This document shows, piece by piece, positions 1 through 10,897 of a DNA stretch of 64,000 nucleotides (its first letter is position 1; every line of letters begins with the position of its first letter). The stretch is from Psilocybe cubensis (Eukaryota). The notes beneath the pieces were generated by a model. The model searched no databases. It was not told the origin of the DNA and saw nothing but the letters and a program-made list of their open reading frames with translations. Where the stretch lies: NCBI GenBank assembly GCA_017499595.2, contig CM038998.1, forward strand, positions 310,001 through 374,000. Direction: 5' to 3'. The position numbers were made by a program, and so were the translations under genes.

Positions 1-855
1 CCATAATGAGTCTGAGAGGTATTACTTAGGCGTGACTTATTGTCACGTGTGGTCACGTGTACCATTATATAAGCGGCCAAAAGAACATTGTCAAATTTTC
101 GAAAATCTCCCAAACTCGAGAAAACACCATTTCTGACGTGTTAGACTAAAAAAAAAGGAAAAAAATTAAAATCTTTATAACTTCTTGAGATCAAAATTTT
201 TTTGAAAAAAAAAACCACAGATGTGTTCAAAGAAGCATAACCTACATATCTGTGGTTCAAAAATGTAGAATAGTGTGAGTGCAGAAGGGTTGAAAAGGTT
301 CGGAGGTAAGCCAACTTTTGCTTACCTAAGGGGGTGCTGGTTCCTGATGAGCCCAATCTTATGGCGAAGCGTAGGTGGGGTCCCACGCACAGACCTTATC
401 AACCCCGTTTACCCACGATCATGCGTATGTTACATCCGCAAAATTTCCCGACTCGGAGCTTGTCCTCTCACTTGTATGAACCAAGTTTCTACTAAAGTCT
501 CTCTATTATTCATGCTACTCATGCAACCAAATTACCTAGCCCTCATGTATTCTCAACTGCGAAAATACCTGCCAACATCGTCTATTTCGATCCTTTCGCC
601 AACCTTTTTGCCCGTTTTAAAAATGAAACGTTCTATGGCATTATTCCCGCATGACATTCAACTTCTCCGTTTGATGAGTAAATCCCCAGTGAGGCTGTTA
701 CATGCGCTGTTTTTGCCAAACACTGTCATCAGATTCACCCTTTCCATGCACTGTGAAATATATCAAGCTGCAAGCTTCGACCTTGGCGCCTTTATCCGAG
801 TTCATTTGGTTTCCAGCGCTTCCCTTCATTTATCACTCAATCCTAGTTTCTCAAC

Positions 856-3800
856 ATGGAATTTGTCGAAATCATCTTCCAACTCGCTCCTGTACCCTAT
901 TTAGACTTCAGCTTTACCGTTTTCAAGGGACTGTGGGATGCCCTGAAAGATGTTCAGTCCAGCAAGCAGCAATTCAACGTCCTAGCGCAGTCAGTAGCAC
1001 AATTGTTGCATATACTGGACAAAGGGTTTCGATCTGGAAGTATAATGATGGACGATCTATCGTCAGATGCTCTCATCGACTTGGAAAGGTGAGCGCAGCA
1101 TGTCTTCTTGGAACAAAACAAAATGCACTGAACGACGCAGATTGCTCAAGGACATATCCGCGTACATACAAAAGCAGTCAAATTTTGGATTCGTCAAATT
1201 GCTTCTCTTAAAGGAGGAAAGACTAGCGACTATAGAGGCGTTTAATCGACGTATCTATAACAACATCAACGCATTTCAGGTAGGTGCTATGAAAGCACTG
1301 GACACCTGGGTGTTAACATTACCGCTAGGTTGCCGCAATGATTGATATTCGAGTGTGGCAAACACGAAATGAAGAAGCTCGAAGGAACGATCAGGGAAGC
1401 CTACATGCCCGACTCCGCCATCTGGAAGCCAATCAACGACTCCTGATAGAAGCGCTAGGTCTGTACTTCTACCCATGTTGAATAGCACCGACTCACCGAA
1501 CCGATAGATATTCCTCACAGTGGCCCTCAGGCAATCATGGCTACTCTTCGCAGACGTGTTGATGAAAGGAAAGGATCTGACGAAGAATTAAGATTCCTGA
1601 AGCACAGTCTTAGTTATCTGAGCACTACAAGCAATCACCAAATCGACCTTCAACCCTGGACTATTACTTCCTACGACGTCGAATTTGGACCTCTCATTGG
1701 CGTTGGAGGATTGTACGTACAGATTCGTTTCTTCTGATGATGTGCGCTTACATTTGTCTAGCGGAAGGGTATACCGAGGGAAATGGAATCACACAGATGT
1801 GGCTTTGAAGGTGATGCGGAATGCTGGGGATATATCTCCTAGGGCATCCGTAAGCCTGGTGTTAACTTCTTTGTACTATGTCATAACCTCTTGAAATTAT
1901 AGGCCGTCCGTCGTGAAGTTGAGGAAGGTCGCCCCCTTTTATTCACGAGCCATTGACCAACTACTTGTTATACAGACATGGTCGAAGCTACGCCACCCTA
2001 ATATTCTTCGTAAGTCTGATTTTCGAATGTGAACTTCCCTGCTCAATGTTTGTTAGAATTCTTGGGGGCCAATATCCTCGATGATGAACCATTTCTCGTA
2101 ATGCCATTAGTAGAAGGAGGGAATGCTCGAGACTACATTGATAATCACCCTCATTGTAATAGGATCAAGATTGTGGGTATCCGATTACACTCTTTTTGTA
2201 CGTTTCTCACTTTGGTAGAAATCAGGTTCAGCAAATAAGTCTGGGATTGACCTACCTTCATTCACAATCTGTAGTTCACGGAGATCTCAAGGCTGTGAAT
2301 GTCCTCATAGACGACGCAGAGAGGGCATTGCTATGTGATTTTGGATTAGCGAGGTTGAGAGCTGATGTCAACAGCCGGACAGCAGACTCGATTCCTCTGC
2401 AAGGAAGTCAAAATTGGATGGCTCCTGAGTTATTTGAAGGTCGATCCCTACGTATGCCATGCGACATCTACTCCTTTGGCATGACATTGTACGAGGTGAG
2501 CTTCAAAATCGTCCTCGCATACGCCACGTCCTCAGGAACCAATGTCGCAGATATACACGGGTGAAATTCCCTTCGGACACTTATCTCCTCAGCTTATCCC
2601 TAAACTTGTAGCAAAGCGAAGAATTCGTCCAGAGAGACCAGAACATGAAGAGGCACCATACCTAAGCGACGATATTTGGAATGTTGCTCAGCATTGCTGG
2701 TCTCATAGCCCAGCAGACAGACCTTTGGCCATCACTCTTAGCGAAACCCTGACTGTACTTCTCCATACAACTCGAAATCGACCTCAGGTTTCGGTACCCC
2801 ATCCCCAAGACAAAGTTCTTGAACATACTGGAAACATCGTTATGACAAACGGGACTTATTCCACTAGCAACAATGGATACACATCACTCGTATCCCCTCT
2901 GACGACGTTATACAGTATCCCTGATTCCCCTTTTGGAACCAACCAAATAATCCCCGATACTCCTCCTCGGTCCATGCATGGTCTTCCGCAACGCCTCAAT
3001 GACGACTACGAGGCCATCCATGAACACCCTCCCCCTGCATTTCCTGTACCTAATGTCCATCAAAACCCTCCTCCTGCCTTTCCGACACCTGGTCTTCCCA
3101 ATTCACAGGGCACATATGAAACCATGTTTAGGTTTGAAAGTTTCGCCCTGTCGCTTCCTCCGGTCGAAAGAATAAAGATAATCCCAAACAAAAGACTTGT
3201 CCTAGCTTTCGACATTGGAATCTCATACAGCAGCATTTCCTACAGGTGTGTCTTCTACCTGCCGCTGTTAGGAACTTTAGTGACCGCAAAATATGCCAGC
3301 ATCATTGAAGATAATCAAATGTCAGAAATTAAGGGCGTGACGATGTAAGCTCATCTTCAAGTTACTAATTGTTGGGCCCCACTGAAACGAACCAGAATCT
3401 CTGATCGCGACCAATTGAGTGGATCTTTCAAGGTCCCAACAACAATCTATTATGATGAGTTTGGAGAGTTACGCGCTATCGGAGCAGAAACGATGTCTGA
3501 AGAGGTTATCAAAGTTGCCGAATCCAACGGTTGGAGAAAGGTTAAATGGTACGTGGGGCACGTTGTGCCACTGTTGCGCCTGCTAAAATGTTAACCATGC
3601 TATTGTATGGCTTCATAATCAACTACCAGGTTCAAGCTACATCTATGGCCACATATCATCCCTGGCAAGAAACACACAAACACAACCCTACCCTCTAACA
3701 AACGACCTGAGGATATTCTTAGCGATTACCTCCAATATCTATATCGCTGCTCTATCACATATATCAAGAAAACGCATATTAATTGGCAGGAGCTATCTCC

Positions 3801-4972
3801 TCTATTCAGCTCTAGGGATGATATCGATTTTGTTCTGACCTATCCGAACGGATGGGATGGGGTTCAGGAGAAGATGACACAGTCTGCTGTATTGGCTGGA
3901 CTTGTTTCTGACGATGAAGCTGGCAGATCCCATCTGTCCTTTGTAACTGAGGGAGAGGCTAACCTATCCTTCGTCTTAGGTCATAGTGCACAGGACACGT
4001 TCCAAAATGTGTGTATATTGCCTTCTATAACTTTGATATGTCGATCATTGACAATTGAATAGGATGTGGCTGTTATTGTCGACGCAGGGGATTACATGGT
4101 CACCATAAGCTCCTACGTCAGAAATCCTTCTAATGTTACGCCTTCGTTTGAAGAAATCACTCAACCTCTGCGTAAGTATGCTATCCCGCCTTCCTCCAAA
4201 GCACCAAGTTGTACTTGTGATACTTATGACATTGCCAAAGGTCACCTCAGTGGCTCGATATTTGTGACCTCTCTAGCCAAAACATTCTTCCAACGTTCGT
4301 CTATATGCTTTTCTACAAAGTTCACTATGGCAAATAAACAAAGGCACATACGTTTCTAGGCACACTCTCGGATTCTAAATTCAAGGATCGAGCGGATATT
4401 GTCCTTCAATCATTCGAACGAACAACAAAATTCAGATTTAGCAATCCTGGAGAACCTGAATACCTTACCATAGGCGGAGCGAAAGATAACGATAAAAAAA
4501 GACACATCAAACGCGGCCAGCTAAGGTTGCAAGGGTAAAATTCTCGTCCTTTCTAAATGTGATGTCTGTTTGCTTACTTCTCACAGCGCTGACGTCGCGT
4601 CATTTTTCGAGCCTTCGATCAAATGTATTGTAGATTCGGTGAAGGAGCAGCGAAAAACGTCCCGCGAAAAAGCTACGGTACGTCCTCCTTATGCACCCCT
4701 GAATCGCCATGATCTTTCTGATGCATGTTCTTTAGCACGTAATTCTTGTTGGAGAGTTAAGTGCTAGCGAATGGCTTTTCTCCCGCGTCACCGCCGCATT
4801 CTCACCATTGGGATATTCTGTGATAAGGCCCGACTATTATATGTAATTCATTCTTATCATTCTATTGATCTCTTTATCCGCTGACCTGATTCTTCCACTA
4901 AACAGCAACAGATCTGTTGCGGACGGTGCTATTTTCCACTACTTCGAGAACAGAAAGCATCGTCAAATATAA
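856..4972 (+). CDS. Multi-exon fusion protein: MLKL-like N-terminal helical bundle + TKL-type protein kinase + Pro-rich linker + degenerate Hsp70 (HSPA12-like) nucleotide-binding domain
   Basis: N-terminus MEFVEIIFQLAPVPYLDFSF...LLKDISAYIQKQSNFGFVKLLLLKEERLATIEAFNRRI...FQ resembles basidiomycete MLKL_NTD domains. Kinase motifs are IGVGGFGRVY, VALK, HGDLKAVN, DFG, WMAPE and DIYSFG. ORF 2542-3348 runs without a stop from the kinase C-lobe to RLVLAFDIGISYSSISY. Later exons give KVPTTIYYD, FKLHL, FVTEGEA, IVDAG and VADGA. Stop TAA at 4970-4972. Confidence 0.85.
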
Positions 4973-5271
4973 AGCAATATCGTTCAAAATTGTACTAGTA
5001 GTCAATACATTTATTTCTTACAACGGTCGAATGTATTCATGAATGTCATGATCACGCCCAGGACGATACAGGACATAGAAACAAACCTAAGATGTGGAGG
5101 GTGTAGGTATGAAAATACACAGATATATTTGCAATCCTATTGAGACGGAAAAACAGATTCACTTCCATCGAGGTGCGATTCCGATCCCAGCCCATACTCT
5201 TGGATGAAGACAACATAGCCTTGGATAACTAACCCAAGCAAAGACCTTGAAAGTGACTAATGATATCAAAA

Positions 5272-7206
5272 TTATAAACGACCATTTGGAACCTTAGAAG
5301 CTGGGATTTCGGCCTGCAGAGCACTTGAGAAGATAGCAAGAGATTCGTCGGTATACGGTGGGTAACGGGCAGCGAAAGATGGCTCATCCCTATTACCAAA
5401 AAAATTAAGAATTGAAAAATGATAGAATGAGTACACCTACTCAAATGGAACATCTACAACCCCTCTCTCGTAAATAAAGTTTTCGAAGCTGTAACGCATG
5501 ATTTGGCGCCCATCTGTAGCACAGCGGATTAACGATTTGCTCGTGACGCTCCACAGGAAATACAATACGTACATCCGGATTCCCCGACCCCGCCAAAGGG
5601 TAAATCATCAACTAGACATAACGATGAGTCATGAATTATTGAACAGTAAGGGAATGAAAACATACTTCCTACTTGCTGGAATGTGTCATTGATCCAGAAA
5701 TTTCCGCTAGTGGTGTTGGCGAGGACTATTTGATTACATTCTCAAAATTCATATTCAATGTGGAATCATATGGAAATGTACCTTTCTTCTTCGCCTCTTC
5801 GTCATTGGAAAACAGGTATAGAGTAAGTGGGTGATCGCTGGATTGAAAGGTCACCAGTCAAGACGGAGAGTCAAATAAAACAAAATAATTGAAACAGACC
5901 GATCACCCAAAAATTCAATCGCCTCGTCAAGGTTTTCAACTGCGACTAAAGGTAAGATGGGACCAAATAACTCTCTATATGTGTCTCGTCAGGATTGTGG
6001 ATATCGTTGATTCAAAAAATCAACTCACTCCTCAAGCAGTGCATCCCCTTCCTTAACATCAACTACAAGGGTGGGTTCAAACCCACGCTTCCCTTCCCCT
6101 TCCTCCCACTTCCCGCCGAAGACGATTTTGCCGTTCGTTCTCTTCAGAAGGCCCTTCAGCCGTTCAAAATGAGCATCGGATACGATTCTGCTGAAGGAGT
6201 TTGAATTAAGCGCGCCATCTGGGTAGAATGCACGATAATGCTGTTTAAACGCTTCAATGAGCTGCGGCACGATCGCCTTCTCTGCGAGAACGTAGTCGGG
6301 CGCGACGCAGATCTGGCCTGAGTTATTGATCTTTCCCCATAGGATACGCTTCGCAGAGATTGAGATATCCGCCGTCGAATCTACAATAACAGGCGACTTC
6401 CCTCCCAATTCGAGTGTCAGCGGTGTTAGGTGTTTGGCAGCAGCGGCAGCGATAATTCGAGCCACACGCCCGTTTCCGGTATAGAAGATGTGATCCCCTA
6501 ACAAAAATTAGCGTCTACGTGGCTGTGGGTGATAGTAATCCATACATTTCAACTCAAGGGCTTTGGTAATCTCGGGGACAGCACCCAATATGACACGGTA
6601 CGCCGATGGATCGATGTATTTGGATAGGTTCTGGGCAACAAACGCAGACCAGTGCGGGGTGAACTCTGATGTCTTGAGAGCGGCACAGCACCCCGCTGCG
6701 ATGGCACCATACAATGGCTGGAGGGTCAAAACAATAGGGTAATTCCAGGGCCTAGAAGGATGTCAATACGTCATTACAATCTCAATGAAAACTTACGAGA
6801 TGATTAACACAACGCCCTTGGGCGGCCTCTCGACTCTCGTCTTGAAAGTTTTATTCCATGGTGCAGTCAGTGTGACAGCTTCTGGACCCATCCACTCCTC
6901 CAATTTCTCTGCAGCAGCTAGAGGCCGATTGACAATAGGCGCCACTTCTGCCATGATGGCCTCTTGTTTCGGTCGTCCCAAATCTAAGCGAAGACATTCG
7001 GCAAGCGCATCCGCATTCTCTTTCGCAAATCGAGCCAGTTGTCGCAACTGGTGACGACGCCATTCGAGAGGCTTGGTTTTCCCTGAACGAAATGTCTTTC
7101 GAAGCTCGTTATGGATCTAAACATAGGCTTTGAATATGATCAATGGCCATTGAAACATAGTAGAACAAACGTTTAAAATCTCTGGAATGGGAGTGTAGTC
7201 GGCCAT
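5272..7206 (-). CDS. Aldehyde dehydrogenase, ALDH3/fatty-aldehyde type (multi-exon)
   Basis: Motifs PWNYP, FYTGNGRVARII, LELGGKSP, NSGQICVAPDY (catalytic Cys) and ELFGPILP. Start MADYTPIPEI at 7206; ends ...ARYPPYT...VPNGRL* at 5272. Confidence 0.93.
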
Positions 7207-7836
7207 GGTGGTAACAAAAGAAGGGACATCGGACAACAGCTGTGGTATCCTCTCTATATGGGTAAAACTCGCTATGTGCGTGAGAGTGACTGTGGTAGCA
7301 ATTTGCTTTCCATTGAAATGGTTGAGCGAGTTCGCTGGGTTGGTGAGTAATTTTGTCCACGTGCTGTTCGCATGGACGACGGCTATCTCAGTCCCCGGCA
7401 TCCGGATAAACTTTAAACAGCTTTGAACCAAGCCTCAACTTTGTTGTTGAATGAATTGGTATTGACCAATAGTGGGACTTACATTATTGTTTCGGGACCT
7501 GCCAAAGACTTAACAAGAACAGGAAGATCTTTGAGGGAAGAAAGGCGAGATATTAGTTTGTGCTTGGTGTTGTAGGATTCGGTTCTAACAGATTCATTGT
7601 AAGCTGCATTAACTTTGTAGGAAAATTTCCAAGCAGATAACTATGTATTAGTCAAGAATTCTGAATATTGTACGAGGCAAATACGTCACTCTATCAAACC
7701 CACAATATTGTGGCTATAGGTAGTTTATAAAAGGAGATTAATATGACACGTTAATTGAATATCCCTGGAAAGTCTTTTAATTTTGTCACAGGAACGTTTA
7801 TCCAGTGGGTGCTATCCGACATGGGATATAATACCA

Positions 7837-9139
7837 CTAATTATCACCCATTATCTTACCCTTCTTCCCAACTTTTTTGAAAACCCGATGTACCAGTCCT
7901 TTGCTCTTCCCTCGAACTGTGCCTGAAGATGTAGACATGTTCTGAATTTCAGTAGAGGTACGGGAATGTGGGTTATCCCCTTGCTGAGTATCCAATTCTT
8001 CAGATGAGGCATCCCGATTGGGACCGGGGCCCAGGACGGTAGGTGGGTTAAGATCCTCTTGTGAAAAACTGGAAGGGGCATCAGCACACATAGTATTATT
8101 CTGCAGCATAATGGAAGGGGAGCTAGGCATGTTCGCTGCTGTCAACAAATTTGGTGCCGATGAAGTCGAGGCTCCTCCGTGGATGGCCCCAATCACCGTT
8201 GTTGAGGTGGCTGTCTGACTGAAGTCACCATATATTCTCCCTGAATGCTGGTTGTTTGTAAAAGATGTGTTGTGTTGTCCACCCTCAAGGCTGTCCACAA
8301 CAAGTTCCATACTGAACTCGTCTGAAGCTTCCGGAGCAGGCATTCCTGGAGAAGGATAACGTATTGCGCGTTCTTGTGATATTCGAAGCAGCGATTCATC
8401 GCTGAAAGCTGGGGATGTGTCGTTCTTCCACTTAGGTGAGTGAGAACCTGACAAAACTAATTAAATTATATATTGTAATCAGGATGTGAATTTACCTTTT
8501 CCATTTGTAAACTCGGTGCCCATCCCAATATCCGATGGGCGTTGTGCTGTTGACGGTGGTCGTAATGCTCCAGAAGATCCACTGGTCACAGTATGCGATG
8601 GTATGGGACTCCTTGGTATCCTAAAGCTTTCATTTGTTTGTGGGCGTAGACCTCCATCTTAGTAGATCAATTAACAATAGATAATGATAAAGATTGCGAT
8701 TTTACTTACCTCTCGGGGGCACACCCTGTGATGGCGAGCTTGACTGTGATCCTGAAGAATAATCATATAGATCACCACCAATAGCTTGAAAATTTCCATT
8801 GGTTATCTTGAAGTTGCTTGCGCCTTCAAAATATTTTACCGACGACGATTGTATCGGTCTTGTACCAGGCCTTTGTGGCATAGGGCTTGGTGGCAAGCCC
8901 GACGAAGGTGGTGACCTGATATAGTAGGCATTTCCACTGACTGCAGAGAAATCCCCTCCATTGATCTCAAACCCGGTACTGTTTGTGAAATACTCCACTC
9001 CACTCTGATTTCCCTGGGTCCTGGATCTGTTGTTGTAATACAAATCTTCTGTGACGGATTCTTCGTCAGAGGAGAAGTCATCATCCTCATCCTCGTCTTG
9101 GTGAAAATGTAGATCATTTCGATTGGTCCGATGGTGCAT
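7837..9139 (-). CDS. Low-complexity protein with two motif-A putative amyloid signalling motifs (3 exons)
   Basis: Starts MHHRTNRN. YFTNSTGFEINGGDFSAVSGNAYY at ~8921-8992 and YFEGASNFKITNGNFQAIGGDLYDY at ~8759-8833. Two phase-1 GT-AG introns join it in frame to ORF 7837-8454. No globular domain is recognisable. Confidence 0.75.
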
Positions 9140-9977
9140 AGCGCGCACGTCGAGGAGGGTTGTAAAAGCTTTCAGCTGATGATGGTGGTGGTGAAAGGGA
9201 ATTTGACGCCCAGTGGCAAGGTGACATGCTGCCTGTCCCACGGTTCTTGGATTTGACTCATTCTTAATTTACGACATGGCTATGAAGGGTCGATCCCTGT
9301 AAATAAAACAAGGCAACCACAGCCTCACGAACCAATGTGACTTCCAAAATTTGGCATCAACTTGTATTAGGCATAACTCGTTGTGATTAAAGGCTGTTCT
9401 GATGCAATTCAGTTTGTGCTTACCAAAACGGACGGAATAGGATGAATGCAATTTTGAGTGGCTCGTTAGGTAGTAGGCACCCTTCTCAGGACCGTTCGGC
9501 TACAATAAATGTGTCCTCGCTATTGACTTGGACATTGAATTGAAGGAACGGATGCCAGCTGCTACATTTTACTCTATGGATTAGGGCTCAGAAAGCTACT
9601 ATCCGCGGGCACCCGGCGACAAAAGGAAGAGAGCCTTTTGGTCATACTGCAGTTGCGGGTTCTTCCTCGGTGGGGTTGATGTGTAACTTGTTGAATTGCA
9701 CCGTGTAATAGTCGATAGTGGTGGTGGCTATGCATTTGATCAACAACATATTTCTTTCGGGATGAGCAGGGATAGAGATTGTGACACACTTACGGGACAT
9801 GCGATAATCTTTCTGTCCCGAATCATTATCGGGACAGAATGGAACGGGTACCGGCAGAGCTGGAGTACGTTTGTGAAGTTGAGTTTTTGTGGGATTCGAA
9901 CTGGAGGGAGAAAATGCTTGTCTACTCCCTGCTTCTCCACATTTCCTGTCTATTGAATACGACAGATATATCAGTTC

Positions 9978-10409
9978 CTACTCAATATTGTAACGCGCTT
10001 TGAGGGCTTTACGTTTTCGTGACCTTTGGTGGCTAGTATTTGCAGAGCTTACTTCTCCCTGACACGGAGAGTGAGACCCTAGATTTGGATCGACATCGAT
10101 AACGTCGTAGTGGTCACCATGAATATACGAAAATATTCCATCCTTTATTTGAAAATGAGAAAGGTTTTTGAAGCGAGAGGTATTGGTGTGGGATGTCTTT
10201 CGCTTGTTTCTTCGCCTGCTAACATCTCTATCTGATGGATGACATTGATAAAAGTTTCCTCCAATAGATGAGAAGTACCCCCCATCGATCACAAAGTTTG
10301 TGGCCCCAGTGAAATTCTCGACCCCTGGGCGGCGAGGAGGCAAGCCTGGAGGAGATTCGTCATTCGCGCCCCGGGTTCCGTGGTATCCAACATCACCTAT
10401 TGTTGTCAT
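9978..10409 (-). CDS. Small protein with two motif-A putative amyloid signalling motifs (3' end uncertain, may splice on toward ~9600)
   Basis: Starts MTTIGDVG. NFTGATNFVIDGGYFSSIGGNFYQ at ~10245-10316 and RFKNLSHFQIKDGIFSYIHGDHYDV at ~10101-10175. Candidate splice donors lie near the 3' end of the ORF. Confidence 0.65.
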   Translation of the reverse strand: MTTIGDVGYHGTRGANDESPPGLPPRRPGVENFTGATNFVIDGGYFSSIGGNFYQCHPSDRDVSRRRNKRKTSHTNTSRFKNLSHFQIKDGIFSYIHGDHYDVIDVDPNLGSHSPCQGEVSSANTSHQRSRKRKALKARYNIE

Positions 10410-10897
10410 AATTTGCTGTAGGTGGGAAGAGTTATTCAATAGGACTTGATAACGGTTGTTTATAAAGAAATTTGTTAGCGTGCCCGTCCAGAGATGCCAG
10501 TGGTTGTAATGTGCCACTTGAACACAGTTTGCACTCTGCCTTGAACACCTGGAAATATCACAAATTTTACCATCACGTGATTCGAAGCCGGAACAGACGC
10601 GTCGAGCGACGCAACGGTACTAGACCGCGAGAGGGTCAATGAGAGTCAGGTATTTACTTTAACAACATTCATACCAAATATCTTTATGTAAATTTTCTTG
10701 ACTGAATCCACGCTCCTCACTATTTAGATAAAGTATGCAAAAACAATTTATTACCTTTGTGTAAATGAATTTCCAGTAGTTCATTTACACAAAACCAAAT
10801 TTATTATAAATGCACATATGTAATCTACATGCATCTTCTATTTACTTCTTTGAGGATATACGCCGTGCTAGCAAGGGTACTTTCAGCAAGGTGCTTG

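Noticed and set aside
1-400. A/T-run-rich stretch with gtcacgtgt repeated twice; possible end of a transposon
   Set aside because: No terminal repeat partner, TSD or coding remnant is visible inside the window.
275-1211. ORFs 275-904 (209 aa) and 702-1211 (169 aa)
   Set aside because: No recognisable motifs. They overlap the promoter and first exons of the MLKL-kinase gene in other frames.
8205-8275. NTSFTNNQHSGRIYGDFSQTATS as a third motif-A copy
   Set aside because: Composition is similar but the spacing does not fit the consensus, so it was not counted.
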